The notes beneath the pieces were generated by a model. That model had not been told where the DNA came from and ran no database searches. It worked only from the letters and a program-made list of their open reading frames with translations. From Oopsacas minuta (Eukaryota; Animalia; Porifera): a DNA stretch of 64,000 nt. Positions within the stretch are counted from its first letter, which is position 1. Every line of letters starts with the position of its first letter. Of the stretch, positions 52,390 through 64,000 are shown in pieces. The DNA lies in NCBI GenBank assembly GCA_024704765.1, contig JAKMXF010000011.1:62001-126000 (forward strand), in the 5' to 3' direction. Position numbers and translations under genes: made by a program.

Positions 52390-55300
52390 CACTGGCAACA
52401 AGTATTTTGGTGTCTTGTGAGTTTAACATTTTTTGGGTACATCACAGGTGAACAAAAAATATTTCTATCTCTTGGCTCAGATTGTTGGAGTGTTTTTAGG
52501 GTATATCGGGGTTGCTGTATCGAAAATACTATTAGTTTTGCTGAATTGGCTCTAGTTTTCTAGATATTACACAACCTTAAATATTAAGGTAATACTACAA
52601 ATATTTTCGGTTTGTATGTTAATATCAACATTTACAACTATTTGTCCACAACATAGAACTTTTATGGATTCAAAACGCATTAGACCCTGTTGCCTCAATG
52701 ATCCTGATGTCTTTTGCTATATTTGTGGTGAATATATGACAAAGGACATCGTTTTAATATTAGAGATGTCACCAAAATAGCTTATCAGGTTTACTTTGAT
52801 ATTAAGTTAGGCGATCAGGATAAGTCATGGAGCCCTCACAAAGTGTGCAAATATTGCACAGAAACCCTCCGCCTATGGACCCAAGGAAAAGCAAATCCAT
52901 AAAGTTTGGGATACCAATGGTTTGGCGAGAGCCCAAGAACCATCACGATGACTGCTACTTCTGCATGATCAACATGTCTGGATGGAACCGGCAGAAAAAG
53001 AATTCGTGGCATTATCCTGACATACATTCTGCAAGACGCCCAATTCCACACCGCAGCGAAATTCAAGTGCCTGCTTTTACGTTCTTACCTGATACTGCGT
53101 TTACTGAGGCAATTGATGAATCGTCGGACAGCGCTTACTGCAGCAATAGCTGTAATAAGTTGTACAGATAAATAAAGTGGAGCCTTTCACACAGGGGCAG
53201 CTCAACGACTTAGTGAGAGACTTAAGCTTGTCAAAAGATGCTTCAGAGATCCTGGCTTCCCGTCTCAGTGAACACCATGTTCTCCACAGTGAAGCTAAGA
53301 TAACTTATTACCGACGCAAAGGCGAAGAACTTATTCGCTATTTCAGTGAAGAAGGCGGTTTCTGGTTTTGTAATAACATCCCAGGACTTCCCTCAGCAAT
53401 GGGACTGTCCCAATACAATCCAAATGGGTGGTGTTTATTTATCGACAGCTCTAAACGGAGTCTAAAGTGCGTGTTGTTGCATAATGGTAACAAATTTGCC
53501 TGTGTCCCGATCTGCCATTCAGTAATCTTGAAAGAGCACTATGCAACTGTAAAGATAGTTCTACAAAAGCTGTGTTATGATGAACATAACTGGATGGCGT
53601 GTGCGGACTTGAAAATGGTCAATATCCTGGTAGGACAGCAAAGTGGTTACACTAAATTCCCATGCTTTCTTTGTTTGTGGGACAGCAGAGTGGATGAGGT
53701 GCCCTGGGAATAGAAGAACTGGCCAGTTCGTCAAAAGACTGCCGTGGGGGAAAAGAATATCATTAACGAGCCACTAGTTAGTCGTGACCGTATCATCCTA
53801 TCACCACTACATATCAAGTTGGGAATGATGAAACAATTCGTAAAGGCATTGAACAAAGATGGTACCTGTTTCGACTACCTCTGCTCAGTATATCGTGGTC
53901 TGAGTATCGAAAAACTTAAGGCAGGAATTTTTGATGGGCCACAAATCAGAAAACTGATATAAGATGAAGAATTCGCCTCACACATGACTGGAGTTGAGGC
54001 TGCCGTGTGGTATTCCTTTGTCGATGTTGTAAAGGAATTATTAGGCAACACCAAAGTGGCTAACTACCAGAATCTGGTCAAAGGCATGCTCAAGAACTTC
54101 CACAGTCTGGGAACCAGAAGAGCATAAAACTTCACTATCTCTATAGCCATTTAGAGAGATTCCCTGAAAATCTTGGTGATTTAAGCAAGGAACAGAGCGA
54201 GCGATTCCACCAAGACATCAGGACTATGGAGAAACGGTACCAAGGAAGATGGGACGCTCACATGTTGGCAGATTACTGTTGGAGCCTTATGCGTGATTGC
54301 CCCCAAGAACCTCACAAGAGGAATTCGTATAAGAGAACATTCGTTCGTGATTGATAAGTATCCAGGTTATATTATATCTCAAATTATCTGCTTATTACGT
54401 ACGTTCAATTCTAGTTATAAAGTAATACATACATACCATATGGTATCAGTGAACACAGATTCACGAATGCTGAAAACATAATTTTACAATATCACGAAAA
54501 GTAAAACCAAATAACCAGAACTAGTGCCATTTTCGAACTCAGTGACCCCGAATTACCCTAGAAATAGTCTCAACTTATCAGCCAAGAAAATGTTGTTGGC
54601 CAGTGTATTTGTCCGTAGATTCGAAAAATGCCCTCAGCTTTGGTCAATCAGCTCTTGTTCTTGAAATATGTGCAGGATTGAGTTAAACTAATTAATTCCT
54701 ATAATATATACATATACGAGTATATATATGTTAAGAATTTGTTGCCATTAGCATAAACGTTATCACAAGAGTAATAATGCATACAGAAAATTCCGTAAAC
54801 GGTAGAAACAATCAATCAAAGTTTAAAAAGCGTCGTTTCCGGGACATCCTTGAGTGAGATTTACCTGGACAATGTCGCTGAAGACGCCAGCAATAATCTC
54901 CCATCATGTGAATATCCCACCTTCCCTGGTACCACACTTCCGTTACCCTGATGTCTTGATGGAACCTTTCTCCTTGTTCTTCACTTAGGTCACCAAGGTT
55001 TTCGAGGAAATGATCTAAATCGTTATGGAGGTAATGAACCTTGATGCTCATCTTACAGCCAAGATTATTGAATTTCGAGAGCATGTTGTCTACTAATTGA
55101 GCGTCATATTTTGCTTTGTTTTTTCCCAAAAAAGTTTTGTGTAACAAATACAAATGCGACCAAGCTCCAGATTCAGTGCCATTCATTCATGGAACTAATA
55201 AAACATGTGTCTTTACTTAGCTTTCTGATGTTGGAACCACCAAATATTCCAGCTTTGGGCTTTTCAGTGTTAAGTTCAAGAAATGAAGTGCATTGATAAT

Positions 55301-56833
55301 GGAAGCAGGAAGCATCTTTATTTAGAGCTTTGATTAATTATTTCATGAGGCCCAGTTTGATATGCAGTGGTGGAAGAATCATCTTTTCCCAATTTGTCAT
55401 CAGAGGTTTGTTAATGAAGTTTATTTTTCCCACTACCATATTCTCTCTCAAGGGCCAATCTTTTCTCGTCCAGTGGTCATTTCTTGTTCTGCTATCCCAA
55501 AGACAAAGGAAGCCTGGGTATTTTGTGAAGTCACTTTGCTGTCGAAGGAGGAAATTAACCATCTTTAAGTCAACACAAATCACAAATTGATGAACATGAA
55601 ATTTCAGTTTCTCCAAAACCAGTTTGATTGGCCTATACTCCTCCTTCATACTGGTTGAGCTACCAATTAGAATAGAGGCATAATTATTCCCATTATGGAG
55701 CAAAACACATATCAAACTCCTAGTAGAACTGTCGATTACAAGGCTCCATTCATTTGGCCTGTATTCTAGTATCCACATTTCTCCTAAAAGATCTCCAACA
55801 TCATTGCACCAAACTAGACTGTTTTCGTGGGAAAAGTAAGGCAGTAAAGACTGTTCTCTGTTACGATAATATGCAATCTTGTTTCTAGGATGAAGTAAAT
55901 TTTTGTTATTCAACCTGGATGCCAGTTCGAGATCCCTGATCTGATCATTCAGTTCGAATTGATCAAAACATTGGAGGACCATAGGTGAAATGCCTTCAAA
56001 ATCGCTATCACTCGAAATAACTTCTGCTTCAAGGAAAATATCTGAATCATTTAGATGAAGCTTCGAAGCCGAATGGATACCTGATCTGAAACTTGGAACA
56101 GGTCGTCTCGCTGACTCTAGGTCAGGATATGTCCAATTACTCTTAAGCTTGCAATTGATGCCTTTGATGCTAACAATGCAGAAGCAACAATCATCATAAT
56201 GGTTTTTTGGAACCCTCCAAACCATTGGTATACCAAACTTCAGACTTCCCCTCTTACAAACAACCCATTGTCGCAGATACTCCAAACAAGTTTTACATAC
56301 TATATGCGGGACCCATAGTTTATCTTGATCTCCAAGACTGACTCTAAAAATGTAAGATATGCCTCCTTTACAAAGTCAGAAATAGGTTTTTGCTGTTCTC
56401 TCATAGTATAGCTACCGCAAATATAGCAGAATACATTTAGGTTATTCAAACAACTTCTTCGACCGAAGCTATACAATACAACACTAACTACTTAGTATTT
56501 GAAATGGAAATCAAAATTGTATGACAACAATTATATCCAAAATATTAAGCATGCATGAAATGGTTCTAGAATAAATGAAAGATGCAATATTTCAAGACTA
56601 AAGTCAGGCACAAATTGTTTCGATTTACTAAAGAATCATGATTTAATTAGGGTCACATCCCAAATTAAGCCTACATTAAAGGCGAATCAGTATTTAAGGA
56701 AATATATTCAAATTCAAAAACTAGAGCTGAAGCAGGAAAATCAATGGTAGTATTGAAATCAGCAAATCAAGTGTACTCTAAAATAGGGCAAAATTCTGAG
56801 TCACCAAAACTTTTTCAGTTCTGTTGGGCTGTA
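52390..56833 (-). mobile_element. Chapaev3-like element (outer copy; ~2.28 kb after removing the nested copy)
   Basis: TAA|CACTGGCAACAAG ... CTGTTGGGCTGTA|TAA with the same TAA on both sides. Transposase remnants are at 55338-56285 (315 aa) and 54812-55186. Its 3' subterminal motif continues across the nested insertion (gggta[cat..tat]ttgtccgtagattcgaaaaatgcc). Confidence 0.8.
52443..54605 (+). mobile_element. Chapaev3-like element (inner copy, 2,163 bp) inserted in the outer copy's terminal region
   Basis: CAT|CACAGGTGAACAAAA ... TGTTGTTGGCCAGTG|TAT with long subterminal similarity (cttggct...agggta...cgaaaat). Broken ORFs carry GDQDKSW, VWREPKNHHDDCYFC, FIDSSKRSLKCVLLHNG, PLHIKLG and ERFHQDI. 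Confidence 0.85.
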
Positions 56834-57061
56834 TAATTAGTGTATCCATATAATATCGGTCAATTTTTATGTATTCTCAATTAATTATTCGATATTCACA
56901 ATCCATTAAATCCACATCTAGTCACTACCATTTCTGAAATGTGATTCTTTGTTAAATAAACAACTATCTTGTTTTTAACTGTGACTTCACGTATGAAACG
57001 TATACACAAACTTCCAAATAGGGTAAAATTCATATCTTAGCTGTTGTAAAATATTATTGTC

Positions 57062-58650
57062 ATGGAATACACATTGGATGAATACAAGCGCAGTGTTGGC
57101 AGAATTTTTACAACTCAAGATGGTAACAAATATATTAAATCAAAAGAAGAGGGCAGTTTTGTGTATCTTCGGTGTGTGTTGTTTAGACGTGGGTGTAAGG
57201 GTTCTAGCAAACTTAATCACGAAACCAATTTCATCATGCCTTTGAATTTGCAAAATCATAATGTCGAAATGTATCAAACAAAAGTTTACCAATTGAAACA
57301 ACATGCAAAACTATGGCCGCGAGTTCACCAAATAAACTTCGAAGAGTTTTTGACGATGTTACAAGAAATGATCCGTGTGTAAGTGATATCTGCTTTACAG
57401 AATGCGAGTCACCCCTCTATCGAGCGAGACGAAAAGTACAACCGAAAATTCCGTTTACAGCTTCCGAGTTTGTTGCTATGTTTCCAACAACAACATTCGG
57501 AAAATATTATAAATATAGCGTATCGAGAAGTGAACAAACAGGTGTGATCTATTTTTCAGGGCAGATGCATACATTTTTGGACGAGGTGACCAATGTTCAA
57601 TTTGATGGAACATTTTTCCCATTTCAACTCAATTCTCTCAGCTCTGGACAATATTTGTTTCAGGTGAAGACATACTCTACCAGCTGTACATAGTTTAATA
57701 AACATCCAAGACCCAGGAATTATATCAAGCAGTATTGGAAAGTATCTTTATTAATGTTCCACAATTTTGGCCATCAGTGACTATGTCAAGTTGAGAACCA
57801 GCAGCAAGAAATGCTTTTAAGGTAGTGTTCCCTCAAGCGAGAATTTACAGCTGCTGGTTTCATTATACCCAGTGAATTTGGGCAAATCACAAAATTTGTT
57901 CTTATCCAAAGTTTTGGAGATAATCCAGAAGTACTGCTTACATAAAACAATTAATGGCAATCTCGTTTTTGCCAGCTCTCCTAATAACTCCCATTTTCAA
58001 CTTTCTTCTAATTCCAGTCATAGAAAATACTGAGAAATCAAAGTTGGAAAACTTAAGAACTATTGCAAAAACATTGGATCAATCAAATAACTCCGGGGAA
58101 CTTTCTATTTATGAAATCAAAATCGCTATAAATAATGAGAGAGAGAGAGCTATCATTCTAAATTAAATTAATCGTGAGAACCAATTATCCAAGGATATGG
58201 ACGTTCATGGCAACTCTAAATGAAATAATACAAAATACAGATAATGTCATAGGACGTTTACGGAGGGAAGAGATATCAGCAGACCACGAAAAAACAAAAT
58301 ATAAAAAATGAAGAACGTAGGATTATTCGCAAACAAAAGTTGTCTTGTGGAGACTACAACACGATGGAATTCCTGAAAGCGATTAGCAATACAATTGGCA
58401 ACATAAATTCCCAAGAGAACATATTTCATCAAGTGATTCTGATTATTCTGACGAAGAAAATGTTGAGGCAACTGGAGAAATTTCCAAGTGCATTATTTGT
58501 CTTGCGCCTCGTACAAAAACATGGATCTTCATGCCGTGTAGACATGCCAACTGCTGTACGAAGTGTAGCAAATCAATTGAAGAACTAGGACGCCCTTGTC
58601 CAGTGTGCCGTTCGTTAATCGAAACACGCTTTTAAATATTCACTAGTTAA
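57062..58650 (+). pseudogene. MULE DDE transposase remnant with FLYWCH-like N-terminus and C-terminal C3HC4 RING finger
   Basis: YLRCVLFRRGCKG...; QFDGTF (~57598); EPAARNAFK..FPQARIYSCWFHYTQ (CWFH at 57852-57863); ESYHSKL (~58145); then KCIICLAPRTKTWIFMPCRHANCCTKCSKSIEELGRPCPVCRS (RING at 58489-58611). Confidence 0.88.
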
Positions 58651-61600
58651 TAACATCTAATGTATGATTTTTCATGAATATAATTATTTCATCTTCAATT
58701 AATTATATTATTACTATATTTCCAGATATATCATTAAAGCTATCATTTATCCTCACGTATATATATTTAATACATAAAAATTCATGAAAAATAATACCCG
58801 ATATACTTAGTTGAAACTAAAAATAATACACATAAACACTGATACCAAAGGAAATTTATTCAAAATTTCTAAAAGTGACAGTCGGTTGAAAATACATTCT
58901 AATAAGTGAAAATCAATTGAAAATACACTCTATCAAGTGACAGTTGGGAAATTATAACAAATGACAGTCTCAAAATTCTGACAAATGATTGCACCTCTTT
59001 TGAATAGATATTTAAGACAACAACAGATTTCCCCAATATCAGCTAATAACGCATCCCTGGTAGTTATACTGTTAGGCCATATATTTATTAGGCTATTGTT
59101 AAGCGCTACTAAAATGCATAATATAGAATTTTGATAGTCAAGTAACTATACATCATGGTCAAATGCAGAAAATAAATTCGCTTAGGATGAGGGAATATAC
59201 AAATGCTTTTACTGGAACCTCTGTGTATTATGAAAAACTATTGCCTGTGTGAGACTTTATCCAATATAATGACTAGTATTTGTAAGAAATATTCGAAAAA
59301 TTAAAAGAAATTAGGAAAAAGTATGGCTTTGTTTTAGCGTTATCACACAAAACAAGCAGTCATCTGTGTATAAGTGATCGTAGTACTAATTAGCTCAGGG
59401 TCAAACCCTAGAGACTGGACTAATAGAAAGAAACATTATATCTAGCTATAGAATTATTAGTAAAATTAGGGCGAGGGAATCCTAGGACAACATTGACATA
59501 ATTTCAGCACTTGTTCTAAGGATGTTGGTACAAATGGATCAAATATGACGAGATATCATAACGAGCGAGAGAAAATTATAGCTTGTCAAACCGCTAGATA
59601 TCTTCTAGGAAAACATAGCACTGTATTCAGGGATTTTTTGAGAATGGGCTGGCAAGTATTTAGCTTGGATAAAGTTTGGGATTGGAGTCTTGATAATTGA
59701 ATAGGATCTGACTGATAACTATAATACAAATAAGAGCAAGCAAGGAAAATCTAACAAAAAATGGTATCAGATAAAATATATAGAAATTATTAAGACATTT
59801 GTAAGCAGCAAAATACTTTTGGTTGCTGAAGGTTAAAATAAATAAAGTTAAACCATATATTGCAAAACATTGATGTTTGTGCTAAAATATGCATCAATCA
59901 CTTGGTGTAATCAGTACGGGAGTTAGGGGAGAGGATAGGGCGAGACAAGGGCGCAGAACCCAGACAATGGGGTACAAAGAGCATTTGGTATCTGGGGCGA
60001 AGCATGATTTTGACACTCCATTTTAATCACATTCCAACAAGTTATCAATATGCAAGGTAATTTCACAAATGTGGCGGACACAATTTCCCTGAATAAACCA
60101 TGGGGCTAGAAATGTGCTCAGAAACTTGTGAATAAAATTTACCACCATACTCAAGTAGAAGTGCAGTTAGCATTTCCTCTTTGGGCTTGTAACTGTGGTT
60201 GCTAGCGACCCAAATAATCCGGAGATGGAATGTTTTTCCACTAATCCACTGGTTGCTGACAGTATCCCTGGGGTTGCCAGCACCCGTAGAAACCTCATAG
60301 CTACGTCTATGCCCTCAAGAAGAATTTCTGAGTATAATTTACCTAATTGACTATGAAACTAGTTAGAATAGTTAGGATAATTTGTAACTTAAAAGTATTA
60401 GTATATAATAATATTGTGAAAAATTATACAAAATATGCCAACGAAAAGATCAACTGATTACGGTAGAAGTTTTACGATCGCATTGAAAAAGTACAGTAAA
60501 ATTGATTACTTCGGTTTAACAAATTACAGCACCAAAAACAAGATTGTGGCACCTTATTGACGTCATAAAATCAAACATTTCCCAGACGTATTCGGCGGTT
60601 AATAATCTTTTCGCACATTTTTACAAATTCTTTGAAAATATGTTGAAATTTCGCTTCGAATGTTTCTCAGGGGTCATCGAGTATATAGACTCGAATTTTG
60701 ACATTTTCAAATCTCTTACTCAAAGATTAATCTTATGCTTAATCATATTCTTTACCTTTCGGTAATATTTCAAAAAGATGCAAGAGATTTCGTTTCAAAA
60801 GTTAGACAAGGGGTCGCTTAAGGATAATAAGTCGGGATCATATACATATGAATCCTTGGATCCATTGGATCCAATCCTGTGTGTTCCTGCGGTCTCATGC
60901 ACAAACATTGCATCGGTGGGCATATTCTGTAAAAGTGAACAGTAGAGGTGCTAGATTCACAAGATATACACTGTCAAAATGAAACTGAGACCATAGTGTA
61001 ATTGTGTTTATTTTCAGAAATTTTTCATTTCATATGGTTAAATATGAAAAGCATTTGTTTTCTAATTTATTTATACAGGTATATTAAGTTACCATTAGTG
61101 AATTGATTCTAGAATACATGAACAACCTTTATATATTTAATAAAGTTTCTATATCAATATAAAGTAAAAAATATTCTCCACCACCTCCCGGCCCCCCTAG
61201 TATTAAGTATATTTTGTAGAGGAACTAAATAGCTGATTAGCTGTCAATTGAAGTCAATTAAAATTGTACACTTAAAGAGGCGGGGTGTAATTATAGAAGT
61301 TCGAAATCTATGTATGTGTATAAAAATAACAGTACTTCCAAAATGTTCAAAGCAGTACCATTTCAGAATGCATATTAAGCAATGTAAAATAGCTCACTTG
61401 TTTCTCATCCGACATTTCCCCGAGAATTGGGACGAAGGACGGTAATATATCAGTATTTTTATAAGCCACTTAATAAGTAAAATATTTCAAACATTTGATC
61501 ATCCCATCGCATTATCTATAGGATTAACATAATGAATTTTTCATATATCCAAATAGTAAATCCCATTTGTATAACCTATGGACAAAGAATAATCCATAAA

Positions 61601-64000
61601 TTTGGAAAATAGAACTAAAATCTTCCCGGAAGGTGTACAAAATTTGGGTTTGGGTTTGGTTTTACAAGGCATTGTTCTGCAAGAAAGTAGATATCAATTG
61701 ATGTATATATAGCACGAGTTTGAATTAGCAAGGCTAAAATATGTATAATGATCCATTAATTCTCAATATTTGGAATCTCAAACTTTTAAACGCTGTATAA
61801 TCAAAATGCAACAGTCATTACAATAATCCAAAATGTGTTTTTGAGGTTTTCTAGTATGATGAATTCGAATATTCACATTAGAAAAAGACTAGAGTTCATG
61901 AAATTTGATTCTATTCCCACATATCGTGCCACTGCAGAATGTGAATTATAGGAATATGTATTGTCCAAAGTGGAATTGGACATAATTAGATATTTTTGAA
62001 CATTTTAGTGTATTTTGCATAAGTTGTATAAACTTCGGACCTGTTCGGAATATCAAGGATCGGATTAACAATGATTGGATAGCTAAGATCAACTCTACTA
62101 CGAAAATGTACCCATACAAACAAAAATATACCAAAGGTATGCAGAATAACTCTAATTAGTGATAAGACGGTTAAAATGAATTTCGAGATAAGACCAATTT
62201 CAAACGCTAACTAATATTAACGCAGATCTACGGTATTATTTAAAAGCACATAATCTATGTTGTACAAATGTATGTATGTGCAAATATACATAATTGATCT
62301 AGACCAGACAATTTCATGTATGAAATACATTGAAACAAGTGCAAGGGAAAAATCTTTGGGAAATCATTGCCACAGTTATGCCCCAATCGCGCATCATCGT
62401 TGTCACTGGATTAAAAGCAAAGTAAATGTTTGGGCCAACAGGATTAGATTATCTAAGAATGAGAAATACCGAACGCTATAAAAGTATTTGAACCTGGAAA
62501 CATGTCCTCACTGTCAATATATTCAAACCTAATTGATTACAAATGATTTCAGCATTACTTGCCATCTATAAAGTATAAGGCCGAAATAATTTTCTAAATA
62601 TTGATGACAAATTACTGAGATAAAAAATGTTTTGTGTCATTACGAGTAATAGTGCCACTGCATGCTACACTAGATAAATAAATATTGCATATAAGAACAG
62701 AGAGAGCAAAAAAAACGCCCAGCAACTGTGGTGGAATCATGATTTCCATAGAATTATAATACAAGATGAGAATCTAAATACAAAGAGAATCTCTGGCTAC
62801 GAAACTGGAACTGTGTGCTTGAAATACTTTGGAACCCCAATGAACAAAAGAAGAATCAACAAATGTGAATCTAAATAATGTCCACGGGAGTAAAGTTAAA
62901 CGAATTGATACAGAATGTTCGAATTCAATAACTTAAAGCAAGATTAAACTTCAAATATATTTGATATCAATACTAGGGTATTAGAATGTTTCAAAAACCA
63001 GATCGAGATCCTCTTTGAGGATCGGAAGAGGATGGTAGATATAATTGAAAAGTATATCAGGAACGGGATAGGATTGATAATTTTCTGAAAAGATCCGATC
63101 CTTTCAATATCAGAAAAGTAGCAGTGGTATATTCTTAACTAAGCCTAAATAACGATTTTAATGATCCAGGATACAAATACAAATGATGATTAGAGTAATC
63201 ATCCATAGTAGAAACTTTTTTTTCGAAATAATCAGTTGTTTAACTTTAAGGAATTCCCAGATTGTAAACAATGTGGGATTTAAACATATTCCCAACGTTT
63301 TACTTTAATCATTCGCTTGCAATGATTGTATATAGAATTATAATTGTGATTTATACTACTAAAAATTGAATATAGAAGAATTGCTCAAACGCCTAAATAG
63401 AATCCCCTAAATATACATTGTACAACTTTTTGAAATGATGTAAAGTCCATATATGTTAAATATATAGAAAAACATGCTATCACTCGAAAAGTACTGCAAT
63501 AATAATCAAACTATTCAAATGCACTTCGAAAAGGGACCTTCAAATGGAGGATCGTAAATTGAATCGTGATAGGATCGTAGATGCATTCAGAAAGTAGGAC
63601 CGGAACTGGAAAGCTTATAATAATTTCAGACATATCAGGATTGAGATCTATATCCATTTTTGAGGTTTGTCTAATGCCTCATCAATAACAAATACATATT
63701 TTAGAAAGTATATCAAAAAGTTAAGTAAATTCTCAGAATGGGTCAATATTCTATGGCGGCTCATCCCACTAGCTAGCCCTGCTTGAAACGAGAAAGGTGA
63801 TATGAACGACTCCTACATAATAAGTTAATTTGTTTTTCAACTAAGCCAAATTTAAGTTATTTTTCTTCCAAATTTAAGCTTACAATTTTGCAGTCTGTAA
63901 ACAGGTTGCGTATCCTGAGTGTTATTAGGGAAAGCAATCTATTAATGAAGCAACATATGGGTAAATATGTAGTTCAGCTGCCTATCTTTAAGTAGGATTG

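Larger units (their letters stand above)
52342..58997 (+). mobile_element. Mutator-like element (MULE), left TIR split by nested Chapaev3 copies
   Basis: Left end gggggctgcatttggtagaattatcccaactgtcacttg resembles the reverse complement of the right end (58920-58997: caagtgacagttgggaaatt...aattctgacaaatgattgcacctc). Flanking 9-mers atttgattc / ttttgaata match at 6/9. Termini are inferred. Confidence 0.6.

Noticed and set aside
3082-58997. Idea that the intron is a flamenco-like, strand-biased TE trap
   Set aside because: Coding elements are split roughly evenly between strands (about 9 plus, 8 minus), so there is no antisense bias relative to OGDH.
45186-64000. Search for the upstream OGDH exon (ending ...RRQ...FRKP)
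   Set aside because: No matching peptide found on the minus strand. It is probably beyond the right edge.
1-64000. CRISPR arrays, rRNA, tRNA or prokaryotic operons
   Set aside because: No regularly spaced direct repeats or structural RNA signatures were seen. Spliceosomal introns and eukaryotic TE families indicate nuclear eukaryotic DNA.

Overview
AT-rich eukaryotic (probably invertebrate animal; inference) genomic DNA. The only host gene I can support is 2-oxoglutarate dehydrogenase E1 (OGDH) on the minus strand. Two near-terminal exons are visible (45033-45185 and 15227-15456; 383 bp of coding sequence in total), separated by a 29,576-bp GT-AG intron. I could not find the neighbouring exons, so the whole window probably lies inside OGDH. 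Much of the rest consists of decayed DNA transposons: Tc1/mariner (DD34E, DD37E-like, DD34D, DD37D/maT, DD41D/rosa-like), four Chapaev3-like CMC elements, two hATm-like hAT copies, Helitron remnants, a THAP/P-element remnant, a MULE with a C-terminal RING finger, and several MITEs. I recognised no reverse transcriptase. The most striking structure is a pair of inverted hAT copies (32509-36036 and 38580-42108). They look old and independently inserted, because their outermost 28 bp and one TSD have diverged. Yet they appear identical over 3,501 bp, broken ORFs included. This suggests arm-to-arm homogenisation and predicts a ~3.5-kb perfect hairpin in the OGDH pre-mRNA. All alignments were done by eye and superfamily names come from motif recognition, not database searches.
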